This document shows positions 1 to 13,300 of a stretch of 64,000 nt of DNA, one piece after another (the stretch's first letter is position 1; each line of letters opens with the position of its first letter). Both the position numbers and the translations under genes were made by a program. The DNA comes from Squalus acanthias (taxonomy: Eukaryota), in NCBI GenBank assembly GCA_030390025.1, contig JASTWF010000157.1, positions 744,001-808,000 of the forward strand, in the 5' to 3' direction. The notes beneath the pieces were generated by a model. That model saw nothing but the letters and a program-made list of their open reading frames with translations. It ran no database searches and was not told the DNA's origin.

Positions 1-1160
1 ATTCAGTATAATTTCAGTGCATGAATTGTATTGAAACTAATGATCCCCACATTTTCCAGAGTGCTGTCTTCTGTATGTTTGGGAGCAGCGGAAACTAGCC
101 TGTTTTAAATCGTACACTTCCTGCTCTTCCCTCCTGTGAAGAAATCCTCCAGCATTTACTTTCAAGTGCCAATAGCACAAAATGCTGAAGGTTCACAGCT
201 AAGTTTAGACCTCTGTTTTTTGCCCTGTGTCTCATTGAACATCAGGAAGATAATCTGCTGTTAATGGAGAGACATCGAGCAGCCTCCAATATATAATGTA
301 TGTTCCTGTGCTTGGCAATTCCAGCAACAAAATTAGCACCTGTTCAAAATAGACTCTCTGAATTAGACAACTTTGCAACCACTGAGTATTTTCTGCCCTT
401 TCATCTGCTTCATTCACTCACAAATATCTGTGGTTTGTTGCGACATCCAACATCTCCATGTGTTCCTCTGGGCAGAAAAATGTTACTGGCTGTAGAAGGA
501 TGACAGCAGTTTCAGTCTCCCCCTGATTTTCTCTGTTTTGCTCATTTTTATATTTTGTTTTCATGGTCCCTCCGTACCTCACCCTTTTATCCAGTCTGTC
601 AGTCACCTTCTGTGTTGTGTTGACATCTCACATTTTCAAGCCTTGTTTGAGATGCAGATAAGTGTTGTTCTGGTGATTTTAATGGCAATCCACAGTATTG
701 TGTGCAATTTGAAGAGGGCCCTTATCATCACAGGTCAGATTAGAAACTTGCCTGGTGAGGACATCTGAGGGCTCACAACTCAAAAGGCACACTGCATGGT
801 CTCATATCATTGCTGACAATACAAGCGGGCGAATACTTATTGACCTCTTCGGACATTGTTCTGTCTGCATTTCTAAAGCAAGCACAAACTCAATCAAACG
901 AATTAACAGCAGCATTAAAATAGCAGATTTAAGAATGTTATATGAGATGATGAAATGTTTAGCTGCTAATATCATCAGTAGTAATTACCATGCCCAACGC
1001 CATTTCCTTGAGCTGTAACATTCTTAAATATTATCCATAGAGCCTTGTCCTTATTGCTTAAATGTCAATATATGAGACACAGTTGTCTCCATCTATAATT
1101 TCTGAATGAAGAATTGCTATTAGATGCCTAAATCCTCATTTCCATTGTGTTTGCTTACAG

Positions 1161-1379
1161 GGCAGGCTATCGTGAGTTCTGCAGGGAAATCAGGCTTCTG
1201 TAATTTCACACTATGTACCAAGAGTTGTGAAATTTTGAATTATACGGGAAAATGTGAAACCACCACAGCACCCACCACTACGCCCAGCACATCCGAATCT
1301 ACAACAGTAACAATGACTCCCACCTCCACAGCAACAACAACCTGCTCCTGCAATGTCGATGGACAAATAATGTCACCTG
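1161..1379 (+). CDS. Mucin repeat exon 1 (219 bp, phase 1/1; NYT variant, NVDG)
   Basis: ttgcttacag|GG...TCACCTG|gtaagt; 73 codons, open, 6 Cys plus a Thr-rich linker. Confidence 0.9.
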
Positions 1380-4300
1380 GTAAGTGTATCAGTTATTAAC
1401 AATCTGATGCAATCAAAGTCACACAAGAAACTTGGGAGCAATATCGAATATGAATCACAATTGACGACAATAATTGAATCAGTTCATTGAAGTGAAGCTC
1501 CAGCCCGTTCCATGACATAGAAACATAGAAACACAGAAAATAGGTGCAGGAGTAGACCATTCGGTCCTTCGAGCCTGCACCGCCATTTAATGCGTTCATG
1601 GCTGAACATGCTACCTCAGTACCCCATTCCTGCTTTCTCGCCATACCCCTTGATACCCCTAGTTGTGAGTATTATATCTAACTCCCTTTTGAATATATTT
1701 AGCGAACTAGCCTCAACAACCTTCTGTGGTAGAGAATTGCACAGATTCACCACTCTCTGGGTGAAGAAATTCCTCCTCATCTCAGTCTTAAATGGCTTCC
1801 CCTTTATCCTTAGACTGTGACCCCTGGTTTTAGTTTTCCCTGACATTGGAAACATTCTGCCCGCATCTAATTTGTCTAAACCAGTCAGGATTTTAAACGT
1901 CTCTATAAGATCCCCCCTCATTCTTCTGAACTCCAGAGGATACAAGTTCAGTTGATCCAGTCTTTCTTGATATGTCAGTCTGGACATCCCAGGAATCAAT
2001 CTAGTGAACCTTCGTTGCACTCCCTCAATAGCAAGAATGTCCTTCCTCAAGTTAGGAGACCAAAACTGCACACAATACTCCAGGTGTGGTCTCACCAAGG
2101 CCCTGTACAACTGTAGCATCACCTCCCTACTCCTGTACTCAAATCCCCTTGCTATGAAGGCCATCATGCCATTTGCTTTCTTGACTGCCTGCTGCACTTG
2201 CCTTCCCACCTTCAGTGACTGATGTACATGACGCCCAGGTCTCGTTGCACCTCCCCTTTCCCTAATCTGCCACCATTCAGGTAATAGTCTGCCTCCCTAT
2301 TTTTACCACCAAAGTGGATAACCTCACATTTATCCACATTGTACTTCATCTGCCATACATTTGCCCATTCACCCAACCTGTCCAAGTCACTCTGTAGCCT
2401 CCTAGCATCCTCCTCATTGTTCACACTGCCTCCCAATTTAGTGTCATCCGCAAATTTGGAGATATTACAATTAATCCCTTCGTGCAAATCATTAATATAT
2501 AATGTAAACAGCTGGGGCCCCAGCACCGAACCCTGCGGTACCCCGCTGGTCACTGCCTGCCATTCTGAAAAGTACCCATTTACTCCTACTCTTTGTTTCC
2601 TGTGTGCCAACCAGTTCTCAATCCACGTCAACACATTACCCCCAATCCCATGTGCTTTAACATTGCACACCAATCTCTTGTGTGGGACCTTGTCGAAGGC
2701 CTTCTGAAAGTCCAAATACACCACATCTACTGGTTCCCCCCCGTCCACCCTATTGGAAACATCCTCAAAAAATTCCAGAAGATTTGTCAAGCATGATTTC
2801 CCTTTCACAAATCCATGCTGACTTGGACCTATCATGTCGCCACTTTCCAAATGGTCTGTTGTGACATCTTTAATAATTGATTCCATCATTTTACCCACCA
2901 CCGATGTCAGGCTGACCGGTCTATAATTCCCTGCTTTCTCCCTCCCTCCTTTTTTAAAAAGAGGGGTTACATTAGCCACCCTCCACTCCTTCGGAACTGA
3001 TCCAGAGTCTAAGGAATGTTGGAAAATGATCGTCAATGCATCCACTATTTCCAAGGCCACCTCCTGAAGTACTCTGGGATGCAGACCATCAGGCCCTGGG
3101 GATTTATCAGCCTTCAGTCCCATCAATTTCCCCAACACCTTTTCCCGACTGATAAGGATTTCCCTCAGCTCCTCCCTCTTACCAGATCCTTTGATCTCTT
3201 TTATTTCCAGAAGGTTGTTTGTGTTCTCCACAGTAAACACTGAACCAAAGTACTTGTTCAATTGATCTGCCATTTCTTTGTTCCCCATTATGACTTCCCC
3301 TGTTTCTGACTGCAGGGGACCTACGTTTGTTTTTACTAACTTCTTTCTTTTTACATATTTATAGAAGCTTTTGCAGTCCGTTTTAATGTTCTCCGCAAGC
3401 TTCCTTTCATATTTTATTTTCCCTGCCCTAATCAAACCCTTCGTCCTCCTCTGCTGAGTTTTAAAGTTCTCCCAGTCCCCGGGTTTGCTGCTACTTCTGG
3501 CCAATTTGTATGCCACTTCCTTGCTTTTAATACTATCCCTGATTTCCCTTGTTAGCCATGGTTGAGCCACCTTCCCTTTTTTATTTTTACACCAGACAGG
3601 GATGTACAATTGCTGTAGTTCATCCATGCGATCTCTAAATGTCTGCCATTGCCCTTCCACTGATAACCCCTTAAATATCGCTTGCCAATCTAACCTCGCC
3701 AATTCACGCCTCATACCCTCAAAGTTGCCCTTATTTAAGTTCTGGACCATGGTCTCTGAATTAACTGTTTCCTTCTCCATCCTAATGTAGAACTCCACCA
3801 TACTATGGTCACTCTTCCCCAAGGGGCCTCGCACCACAAGATTGCTGATTAGTCCTTCCTCATTACACAACACCCAGTCCAGGATGGCCTCCCCTCTAGT
3901 TGGTTCCTCAACATATTGGTTTAGGAAACCATCCCTTAAACACTCCAGGAAATCCTCCTCCACCGTATTGCTTCCAGTTTGAGTAGCCCAATCTATATGC
4001 ATATTAAAGTCACCCATGATAACTGCTGCGCCTTTTTTGCATGCACCTCTGATTTCCTGTTTCATACCCTCCCCCACCTCACTACTACTGTTTGGAGGTC
4101 TGTACACAACCCCCACTAACGTTTTCTGCCCTTTGGTGTTCTGCAGCTCAACCCATATTGATTCCACATCCTCCAAGCTAATGTCCTTCCTAGCTATTGC
4201 ATTAATCTCCTTTTTAACCAGCAATGCTACCCCACCCCCTTTTCCTTTTATTCTATCCTTCCTGAATGTTGAATACCCCTGGATATTCAGTTCCCAGCCT

Positions 4301-7300
4301 TGATTGTTCTGGAGCCACGTCTCTGTAATCCCAATCACATCATATCCGTTAACATCAATTTGCACAGTCAATTCATCCACCTTATTACGGATACTCCTTG
4401 CATTAAGACACAGAGCCTTTAGGCTTGTTTTATTAACACCCTTTGTCCTTTTAGACTTATGATTTAGTATGGCCCTTTGTGTTTCTTGCCTTTGTTTACT
4501 TGGATTTCCCTTATTGTTTCTCACCCTTCTAACATTTGTTTCTGACTGCATATTACTTCCCCCTGTTTTGCTACATAGGTTCCCATTCCCCTGCCATATT
4601 AGTTTAAATCCTCCCGAACTGCCTTAGCAAATATTACCCCGAGGACATCGGTTCCAGTCCTGCCTAAGTGCAGACCGTCCCTTTTGTACAGGTCCCACTT
4701 CCCCCAGAACTGGTTCCAATGCCTCAGGTATTTGAATCCCTCCCTCCTGCACCACTGCTCAAGCCACGTATTTAATCTCGCTATCCTGTTCATGCTACTC
4801 TGATTAGCACGTGGCACTGGTAGCAACCCAGAGATTACTACCTTTGAGGTCCTACTTTTCAATTTAGCTCCTAGCTCCCTAAATTCTGCTTGTAGGACCT
4901 CTTCCCGCTTTTTACCTATATCGTTGGTACCTACATGCACCACGACAGCTGGCTCTTCACCCTCCCTTTCCAGAATGTTCTGCAGCCGCTCCGAGACATC
5001 CTTGACCCTTGCACCAGGGAGGCAACATACCATCCAGCAATCTCGGTTGCGGCCACAGAAACTCCTGTCTATTCCCCTTACAATTGAGTCCCCTATCACT
5101 ATAGCTCTACCACTCTTTTTCCCGCCCTGCTGTGCAGCAGAGCCAGCCATGGTGCCATGAACCTGGCTGCTGGTGCCTTCCCCTGGTAGGTCATTTCCCC
5201 CAACAGTATCCAAAACGGTATATCTGTTTTGGAGGGAGACGACCGCAGGGGACTCCTGCACTACCTTCCTGATATTGCCCTGCCTCTTGGTCACCCATTT
5301 ACTGTCTGACCTAGCCTTTACCCGTGGTGTGTTCAACTCACTAAATGAGTAATCCACAAAGTTCTCGGCATCGTGGATGCTCCAGAGTGAGTCCATCCGC
5401 AGCTCCAGTGTCGCCAAGCGGTCCGTCAGGAGCTGCAGCTGGACGCACTTCCTGCACACATAGTTGTCAGGGACACTGGAAGTGTCCCTGATTTCCCACA
5501 TAGCACAGGAGGAGCACGACACGGCTCCGAGATTTCCTGCCATGACTTAACCCTTATATTACGTAATTAAGTTAAGTCCCTGAAAACAAAATATAAATCG
5601 AACCTACCTTTTAAATTCCCTCTACCCCTAAAGGTTAGAGGAGGTGGGAGGGTGGGAGACACTACTAGTGTAGTGTCTCGGGCTTAGCAACAGCTCCACC
5701 TATATACGGGTACCAATGAATTGGCCCCACCCTCTGACTTTGCAAAAAGCCCACGAAGCTCCTTCCCCGCTGCCGACCGCTCTGTGGAAGAAAGAAAGGC
5801 TCCTCTTCCTCCGCCGCTGTCGACGCTGGTGTGAGGCCTACCTGAGCCTCGGGGCTCCCTTTATCTACTCGCCGCCGCTCCCGCCGCTCCAACCAGGTCA
5901 GCTCCTCCTTCCCCGCTGCCGACCGCTCTGTGGAAGAAAGAAAGGCTCCTCCTCCTCCGCCGCTGTCGACGCTGGTTTATATTAAGTGGATGTCTTTGTA
6001 AATCATTCAGTATAATTTCAAAGTATGAATTGTATTGAAACTAATGATCCCCACATTTTCCAGAGTGCTGTCTTCTATATGTTTGGGAGCAGCGGAAATT
6101 AGCCTGATTTAAATTGTGCACTTCCTTCTCTTCCGATCTCTGAAGAAATCCTCCAGCTTTTTCTTTCACATGACAATAGCACAAAATGCTGAAGGTTCAC
6201 AGCTAAGTTTTGACCTCTGCTTTTTGCCCTGTGTCTCATTGAACATCAGGAAGATAATCTGCTGTTAATGGAGCGACATCGAGCAGACTCCAATATATAA
6301 TGTATGTGCCTGTAAATGGCAATTCCAGCAAAAAAATTAGCACCTGTTCAAAATAGATTCTCTGAATTAGACAACTTTGCAACCACTGAGTATTTTCTGC
6401 GCTTTCATCTGCTTCATTCACTCACAAATATCTGTGGTTTGTTGCGACATCCAACATCTCCATGTGTTCCTCTGGGCAGAAAAATGTTACTGGCTGTAGA
6501 AGGATGACAGCAGTTTCAGTCTCCCCATGATTTTCTCTGTTTTGCTCATTTTTCGGTTTAGTGTTCATGGTCCCACCATACCTCACCCTTTTACCCAGTC
6601 TGTCAGTCACCTTCTGTGTTGTGTTGACATCTCACATTTTCAAGCATTGTTTGAGTTGCATATAAGTGTTGTTCTGGTGATTTTAATGGCAATCCACAAT
6701 ATTGTGTGCAATTTGAAGAGGGCCCTTATCATCACAGGTCAGATTAGAAACTTGCCTGGTGAGGACATCTGAGGGCACACAACTCAAAAGGAACACTGCA
6801 TGGTCTCATATCATTGCTGACAATACAAGCGGGCGAATACTTATTGACCTGTTCGGACATTGTTCTGTCTCCATTTCTAAAGCAAGCACAAAGCCAATCA
6901 AATAATTAACAGCAGCATTAAAATAGCAGATTTAAGAATGTTATATGAGATGATGAAACATTTAGCTGCTAATATCATCAGTAGTAATTTCCATGCCCAA
7001 TGCCATTTCCTTGAGGTGTAACATTCTTAAATATTAACCATAGAGCCTTGTTCTTATTGCTTAAATGTCAATATATGAGACACAGTTGTCGACATCTGTA
7101 ATTTCTGAATGAAGAATTGCGATTAGATGCCTAAATCCTCATTTCCATTGTGTTTGCTTACAGGGCAGGCTATCGTGAGTTCTGCAGGGAAATCAGGCTT
7201 CTGTAATTTCACACTATGTACTAAGAGTTGTGAAATTTTGAATTATACGGGAAAATGTGAAACCACCACAGCGCCCACCACTACGCCCAGCACATCCGAA

Positions 7301-10300
7301 TCTACAACAGTAACAATGACTCCCACCTCCACAGCAACTACAACCTGCTCCTGCAATGTCGATGGACAAATAATGTCACCTGGTAAGTGTATCAGTTATT
7401 AACAATCTGATGCAATCAAAGTCACACAAGAAACTTGGGAGCAATATCTAATATAAATCACAATTGACGACAATAATTGAATCAGTTCATTGAAGTGAAG
7501 CTCCAGCCCGTTCCATGACATAGTTTATATTAAGTGGATGTCTTTGTAAATCATTCAGTATAATTTCAGTGCATGAATTGTATTGAAACTAATGATCCCC
7601 ACATTTTCCAGAGTGCTGTCTTCTGTATGTTTCAGAGCAGCGGCAACTAGCCTGTTTTAAATCGTACACTTCCTGCTCTTCCCTCCTGTGAAGAAATCCT
7701 CCAGCATTTACTTTCACGTGCCAATAGTTCAAAATGCTGAAGGTTCACAGCTAAGTTTTGACCTCTGCTTTTTGCCCTGTGTCTCATTGAACATCAGGAA
7801 GATAATCTGCTGTTAATGGAGGGACATCGAGCAGACTCCGAAAGGTCTTCGACCTGAAACGTTAACTCTGTTTCTCTCTCCATGGATGCTGCCTCGCCTG
7901 CTGAGTTTTTCCAGTGTTTTCTGTTGTGATTTCCAATATATAATGTATGTTCCTGTACTTTGCCATTCCAGCAAAAAAATTAGCACCTGTTCAAAATAGA
8001 TTCTCTGAATTAGACAACTTTGCAACCACTGAGTATTTTCTGCCCTTTCATCTGCTTCATTCACTCACAGATATCTGTGGTTTGTTGCGACATCCAACAT
8101 CTCCATGTGTTCCTCTGGGCAGAAAAATGTTACTGGCTGTAGAAGGATGACAGCAGTTTCAGTCTCCCCCTGATTTTCTCTGTTTTGCTCATTTTTATAT
8201 TTTGTTTTCATGGTCCCTCCGTACCTCACCCTTTTACCCAGTCTGTCAGTCACCTTCTGTGTTGTGTTGACATCTCACATTTTCAAGCCTTGTTTGAGAT
8301 GCAGATAAGTGTTGTTCTGGTGATTTTAATGGCAATCCACAGTATTGTGTGCAATTTGAAAGGGCCCTTATCATCACAGGTCAGATTAGAAACTTGCCTG
8401 GTGAGGACATCTGAGGGCACGCAACTCAAAAGGAACACTGCATGGTCTCATATCATTGCTGACAATACAAGCGGGCGAATACTTATTGACCTCTTCGGAC
8501 ATTGTTCTGTCTGCATTTCTAAAGCAAGCACAAACCCAATCAAACGAATTAACAGCAGCATTAAAATAGCAGATTTAAGAATGTTATATGAGATGATGAA
8601 ACGTGTAGCTCCTAATATCGTCAGTAGTAATTTCCATGCCCAATGCCATTTCCTTGAGGTGTAACATTCTTAAATATTAACCATAGAGCCTTGTTCTTAT
8701 TGCTTCAATGTCAATATATGAGACACAGTTGTCTCCATCTATAATTTCTGAATGAAGAATTGCGATTAGATGCCTAATTCCTCATTTCCATTGCGTTTGC
8801 TTACAGGGCAGGCTATCGTGAGTTCTGCAGGGAAATCAGGCTTCTGTAATTTCACACTATGTACTAAGAGTTGTGAAATTTTGAAGTATACGGGAAAATG
8901 CGTAACCACCACAGCACCCACCACTACGCCCAGCACATCCGAATCTACAACAGTAACAATGACTCCCACCTCCACAGCAACTACAACCTGCTCCTGCAAT
9001 GTCAATGGACAAATAATGTCACCTGGTAAGTGTATCAGTTATTGACAATCTGATGCAATCAAAGTCACACAAGAAACTTGGGAGCAATATCTAATATAAA
9101 TCACAATTGACGACAATAATTGAATCATTTCATTGAAGTGAAGCTCCAGCCCGTTCCATGACATAGTTTATATTAAGTGGATGTCTTTGTAAATCATTCA
9201 GTATAATTTCAGAGTATGAATTGTATTGAAACTAATGATCCTCACATTTTCCAGAGTGCTGTCTTCTATATGTTTGGGAGCAGCGGAAACTAGCCTGTTT
9301 TAAATCGTACACTTCCTGCTCTTCCCATCTGTGAAGAAATCCTCAGCATTTACTTTCACATGCCAATAGCACAAAATGCTGAAGGTTTACACCTAAGATT
9401 AGACCTCTGTTTTTTGCCCTGTGTCTCATTGAACATCAGGAAGATAATCTGCTGTTAATGGAGAGACATCGAGCAGACTCCAATATATAATGTATGTTCC
9501 TGTACTTGGCAATTCCAGCAACAAAATTAGCACCTGTTCAAAATAGACTCTCTGAATTAGACAACTTTGCAACCACTGAGTATTTTCAGCCCTTTCATCT
9601 GCTTCATTCACTCGCAAATATCTGTGGTTTGTTGCGACATCCAACATCTCCATGTGTTCCTCTGGGCAGAAAAATGTTACTGGCTGTAGAAGGATGACAG
9701 CAGTTTCAGTCTCCCCCTGATTTTCTCTGTTTTGCTCATTTTTCGGTTTTGTTTTCATGGTCCCACCATACCTCACTCTTTTACCCAGTCTGTCAGTCAC
9801 TTTCTGTGTTGTGTTGACATCTCACATTTTCAAGCATTGTTTAAGAGGCATATAAAGTGTTGTTCTGGTGATTTTAATGGTAATCCACAGTATTGTGTGC
9901 AATTTGAAGAGGGCCCTTATCATCAGAGGTCAGATTAGAAACTTGCCTGCTGAGGACATTTGAGGGCTCACAACTCAAAAGGCAGACTGCATGGTCTCAT
10001 ATCATTGCTGACAATACAAGCGGGCGAATACTTATTGACCTGTTCGGACATTGTTCTGTCTCCATTTCTAAAGCAAGCACAAAGCCAATCAAATAATTAA
10101 CAGCAGCATTAAAATAGCAGATTTAAGAATGTTATATGAGATGATGAAACGTTTAGCTGCTAATATCGTCAGTAGTAATTTCCATGCCCAATGCCATTTC
10201 CTTGAGGTGTAACATTCTTAAATATTAACCATAGAGCCTTGTTCTTATTGCTTAAATGTCAATATATGAGACACAGTTGTCGACATCTGTAATTTCTGAA

Positions 10301-13300
10301 TGAAGAATTGCGATTAGATGCCTAAATCCTCATTTCCATTGTGTTTGCTTACAGGGCAGGCTATCGTGAGTTCTGCAGGGAAATCAGGCTTCTGTAATTT
10401 CACACTATGTACTAAGAGTTGTGAAATTTTGAATTATACGGGAAAATGTGAAACCACCACAGCGCCCACCACTACGCCCAGCACATCCGAATCTACAACA
10501 GTAACAATGACTCCCACCTCCACAGCAACTACAACCTGCTCCTGCAATGTCAATGGACAAATAATGTCACCTGGTAAGTGTATCAGTTATTAACAATCTG
10601 ATGCAATCAAAGTCACACAAGAAACTTTGGAGCAATATCGAATATGAATCACAATTGACGACAATAATTGAATCAGTTCATTGAAGTGAAGCTCCAGCCC
10701 GTTCCATGACATAGTTTATATTAAGTGGATGTCTTTGTAAATCATTCAGTATAATTTCAGTGCATGAATTGTATTGAAACTAATGATCCCCACATTTTCC
10801 AGAGTGCTGTCTTCTGTATGTTTCAGAGCAGCGGAAACTAGCCTGTTTTAAATCGTACACTTCCTGCTCTTCCCTCCTGTGAAGAAATCCTCCAGCATTT
10901 ACTTTCACGTGCCAATAGTTCAAAATGCTGAAGGTTCACAGCTAAGTTTTGACCTCTGCTCTTTGCCCTGTGTCTCATTGAACATCAGGAAGATAATCTG
11001 CTGTTAATGGAGGGACATCGAGCAGACTCCGAAAGGACTTCGACATGAAACGTTAACTCTGTTTCTCTCTCCATGGATGCTGCCTCGCCTGCTGAGTTTT
11101 TCCAGTGTTTTCTGTTGTGATTTCCAATATATAATGTATGTTCCTGTACTTTGCCATTCCAGCAAAAAAATTAGCACCTGTTCAAAATAGATTCTCTGAA
11201 TTAGACAACTTTGCAACCACTGAGTATTTTCTGCCCTTTCATCTGCTTCATTCACTCACAGATATCTGTGGTTTGTTGCGACATCCAACATCTCCATGTG
11301 TTCCTCTGGGCAGAAAAATGTTACTGGCTGTAGAAGGATGACAGCAGTTTCAGTCTCCCCATGATTCTCTCTGTTTTGCTCATTTTTATGTTTTGTGTTC
11401 ATGGTCCCTCCGTACCTCACCCTTTTACCCAGTCTGTCAGTCACCTTCTGTGTTGTGTTGACATCTCACATTTTCAAGCCTTGTTTGAGATGCAGATAAG
11501 TGTTGTTCTGGTGATTTTAATGGCAATCCACAGTATTGTGTGCAATTTGAAGAGGGCCCTTATCATCACAGGTCAGATTAGAAACTTGCCTGGTGAGGAC
11601 ATCTGAGGGCACGCAACTCAAAAGGAACACTGCATGGTCTCATATCATTGCTGACAATACAAGCGGGCGAATACTTATTGACCTCTTCGGACATTGTTCT
11701 GTCTGCATTTCTAAAGCAAGCACAAACCCAATCAAACGAATTAACAGCAGCATTAAAATAGCAGATTTAAGAATGTTATATGAGATGATGAAACGTGTAG
11801 CTCCTAATATCGTCAGTAGTAATTTCCATGCCCAATGCCATTTCCTTGAGGTGTAACATTCTTAAATATTAACCATAGAGCCTTGTTCTTATTGCTTCAA
11901 TGTCAATATATGAGACACAGTTGTCTACATCTATAATTTCTGAATGAAGAATTGCGATTAGATGCCTAATTCCTCATTTCCATTGCGTTTGCTTACAGGG
12001 CAGGCTATCGTGAGTTCTGCAGGGAAATCAGGCTTCTGTAATTTCACACTATGTACTAAGAGTTGTGAAATTTTGAAGTATACGGGAAAATGCGTAACCA
12101 CCACAGCACCCACCACTACGCCCAGCACATCCGAATCTACAACAGTAACAATGACTCCCACCTCCACAGCAACTACAACCTGCTCCTGCAATGTCAATGG
12201 ACAAATAATGTCACCTGGTAAGTGTATCAGTTATTGACAATCTGATGCAATCAAAGTCACACAAGAAACTTGGGAGCAATATCTAATATAAATCACAATT
12301 GACGACAATAATTGAATCATTTCATTGAAGTGAAGCTCCAGCCCGTTCCATGACATAGTTTATATTAAGTGGATGTCTTTGTAAATCATTCAGTATAATT
12401 TCAGAGTATGAATTGTATTGAAACTAATGATCCCCACATTTTCCAGAGTGCTGTCTTCTATATATTTGGGAGCAGCGGAAACTAGCCTGTTTTAAATCGT
12501 ACACTTCCTGCTCTTCCCATCTGTGAAGAAATCCTCAGCATTTACTTTCACATGCCAATAGCACAAAATGCTGAAGGTTTACACCTAAGATTAGACCTCT
12601 GTTTTTTGCCCTGTGTCTCATTGAACATCAGGAAGATAATCTGCTGTTAATGGAGGGACATCGAGCAGACTCCAATATATAATGTATATGCCTGTACTTG
12701 GCAATTCCAGCAACAAAATTAGCGCCCGTTCAAAATAGACTCTCTGAATTAGACAACTTTGCAACCACTGAGTATTTTCAGCCCTTTCATCTGCTTCATT
12801 CACTCGCAAATATCTGTGGTTTGTTGCGACATCCAACATCTCCATGTGTTCCTCTGGGCAGAAAAATGTTACTGGCTGTAGAAGGATGACAGCAGTTTCA
12901 GTCTCCCCCTGATTTTCTCTGTTTTGCTCATTTTTCGGTTTTGTTTTCATGGTCCCACCATACCTCACTCTTTTACCCAGTCTGTCAGTCACTTTCTGTG
13001 TTGTGTTGACATCTCACATTTTCAAGCATTGTTTAAGAGGCATATAAAGTGTTGTTCTGGTGATTTTAATGGTAATCCACAGTATTGTGTGCAATTTGAA
13101 GAGGGCCCTTATCATCAGAGGTCAGATTAGAAACTTGCCTGCTGAGGACATTTGAGGGCTCACAACTCAAAAGGCACACTGCATGGTCTCATATCATTGC
13201 TGACAATACAAGCGGGCGAATACTTATTGACCTCTTCGGACATTGTTCTGTCTGCATTTCTAAAGCAAGCACAAACCCAATCAAACGAATTAACAGCAGC

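Larger units (their letters stand above)
1521..5975 (-). mobile_element. CR1-clade LINE, near full length, copy 1 (intronic, antisense)
   Basis: Has ORF1, ORF2 and a 3' tail of (TTTCTATG)n-like repeats. It sits in the site catgacatag|tttatatt, which is empty in other units. No real TSD (at most 1 bp). Confidence 0.95.

Noticed and set aside
1161-1184. Cryptic splice motifs at the exon start: a GTGAGT donor after 11 nt, and AG acceptors at +5 and +24
   Set aside because: The first two would break the frame and the third has a poor pyrimidine tract. There is no evidence of use without RNA data.
1124-1399. The 91-aa ORF MPKSSF...GKCISY as a stand-alone small-protein gene family
   Set aside because: The first 12 and last 5 codons are the intronic pyrimidine tract and donor site. 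The ATG and stop are not constant (the stop is lost in copy 30), and splice signals define a 219-bp internal exon.
2212-2230. Programmed frameshift or sequencing error in CR1 ORF2
   Set aside because: There is no slippery sequence, and the same 1-bp loss is in both diverged copies, so it is best read as a real inactivating mutation that predates the duplication.
8766-9005. Val-rich minus-strand ORFs (MTLQEQVVVAVEVG...)
   Set aside because: Antisense shadow of the Thr codons in the mucin exon.
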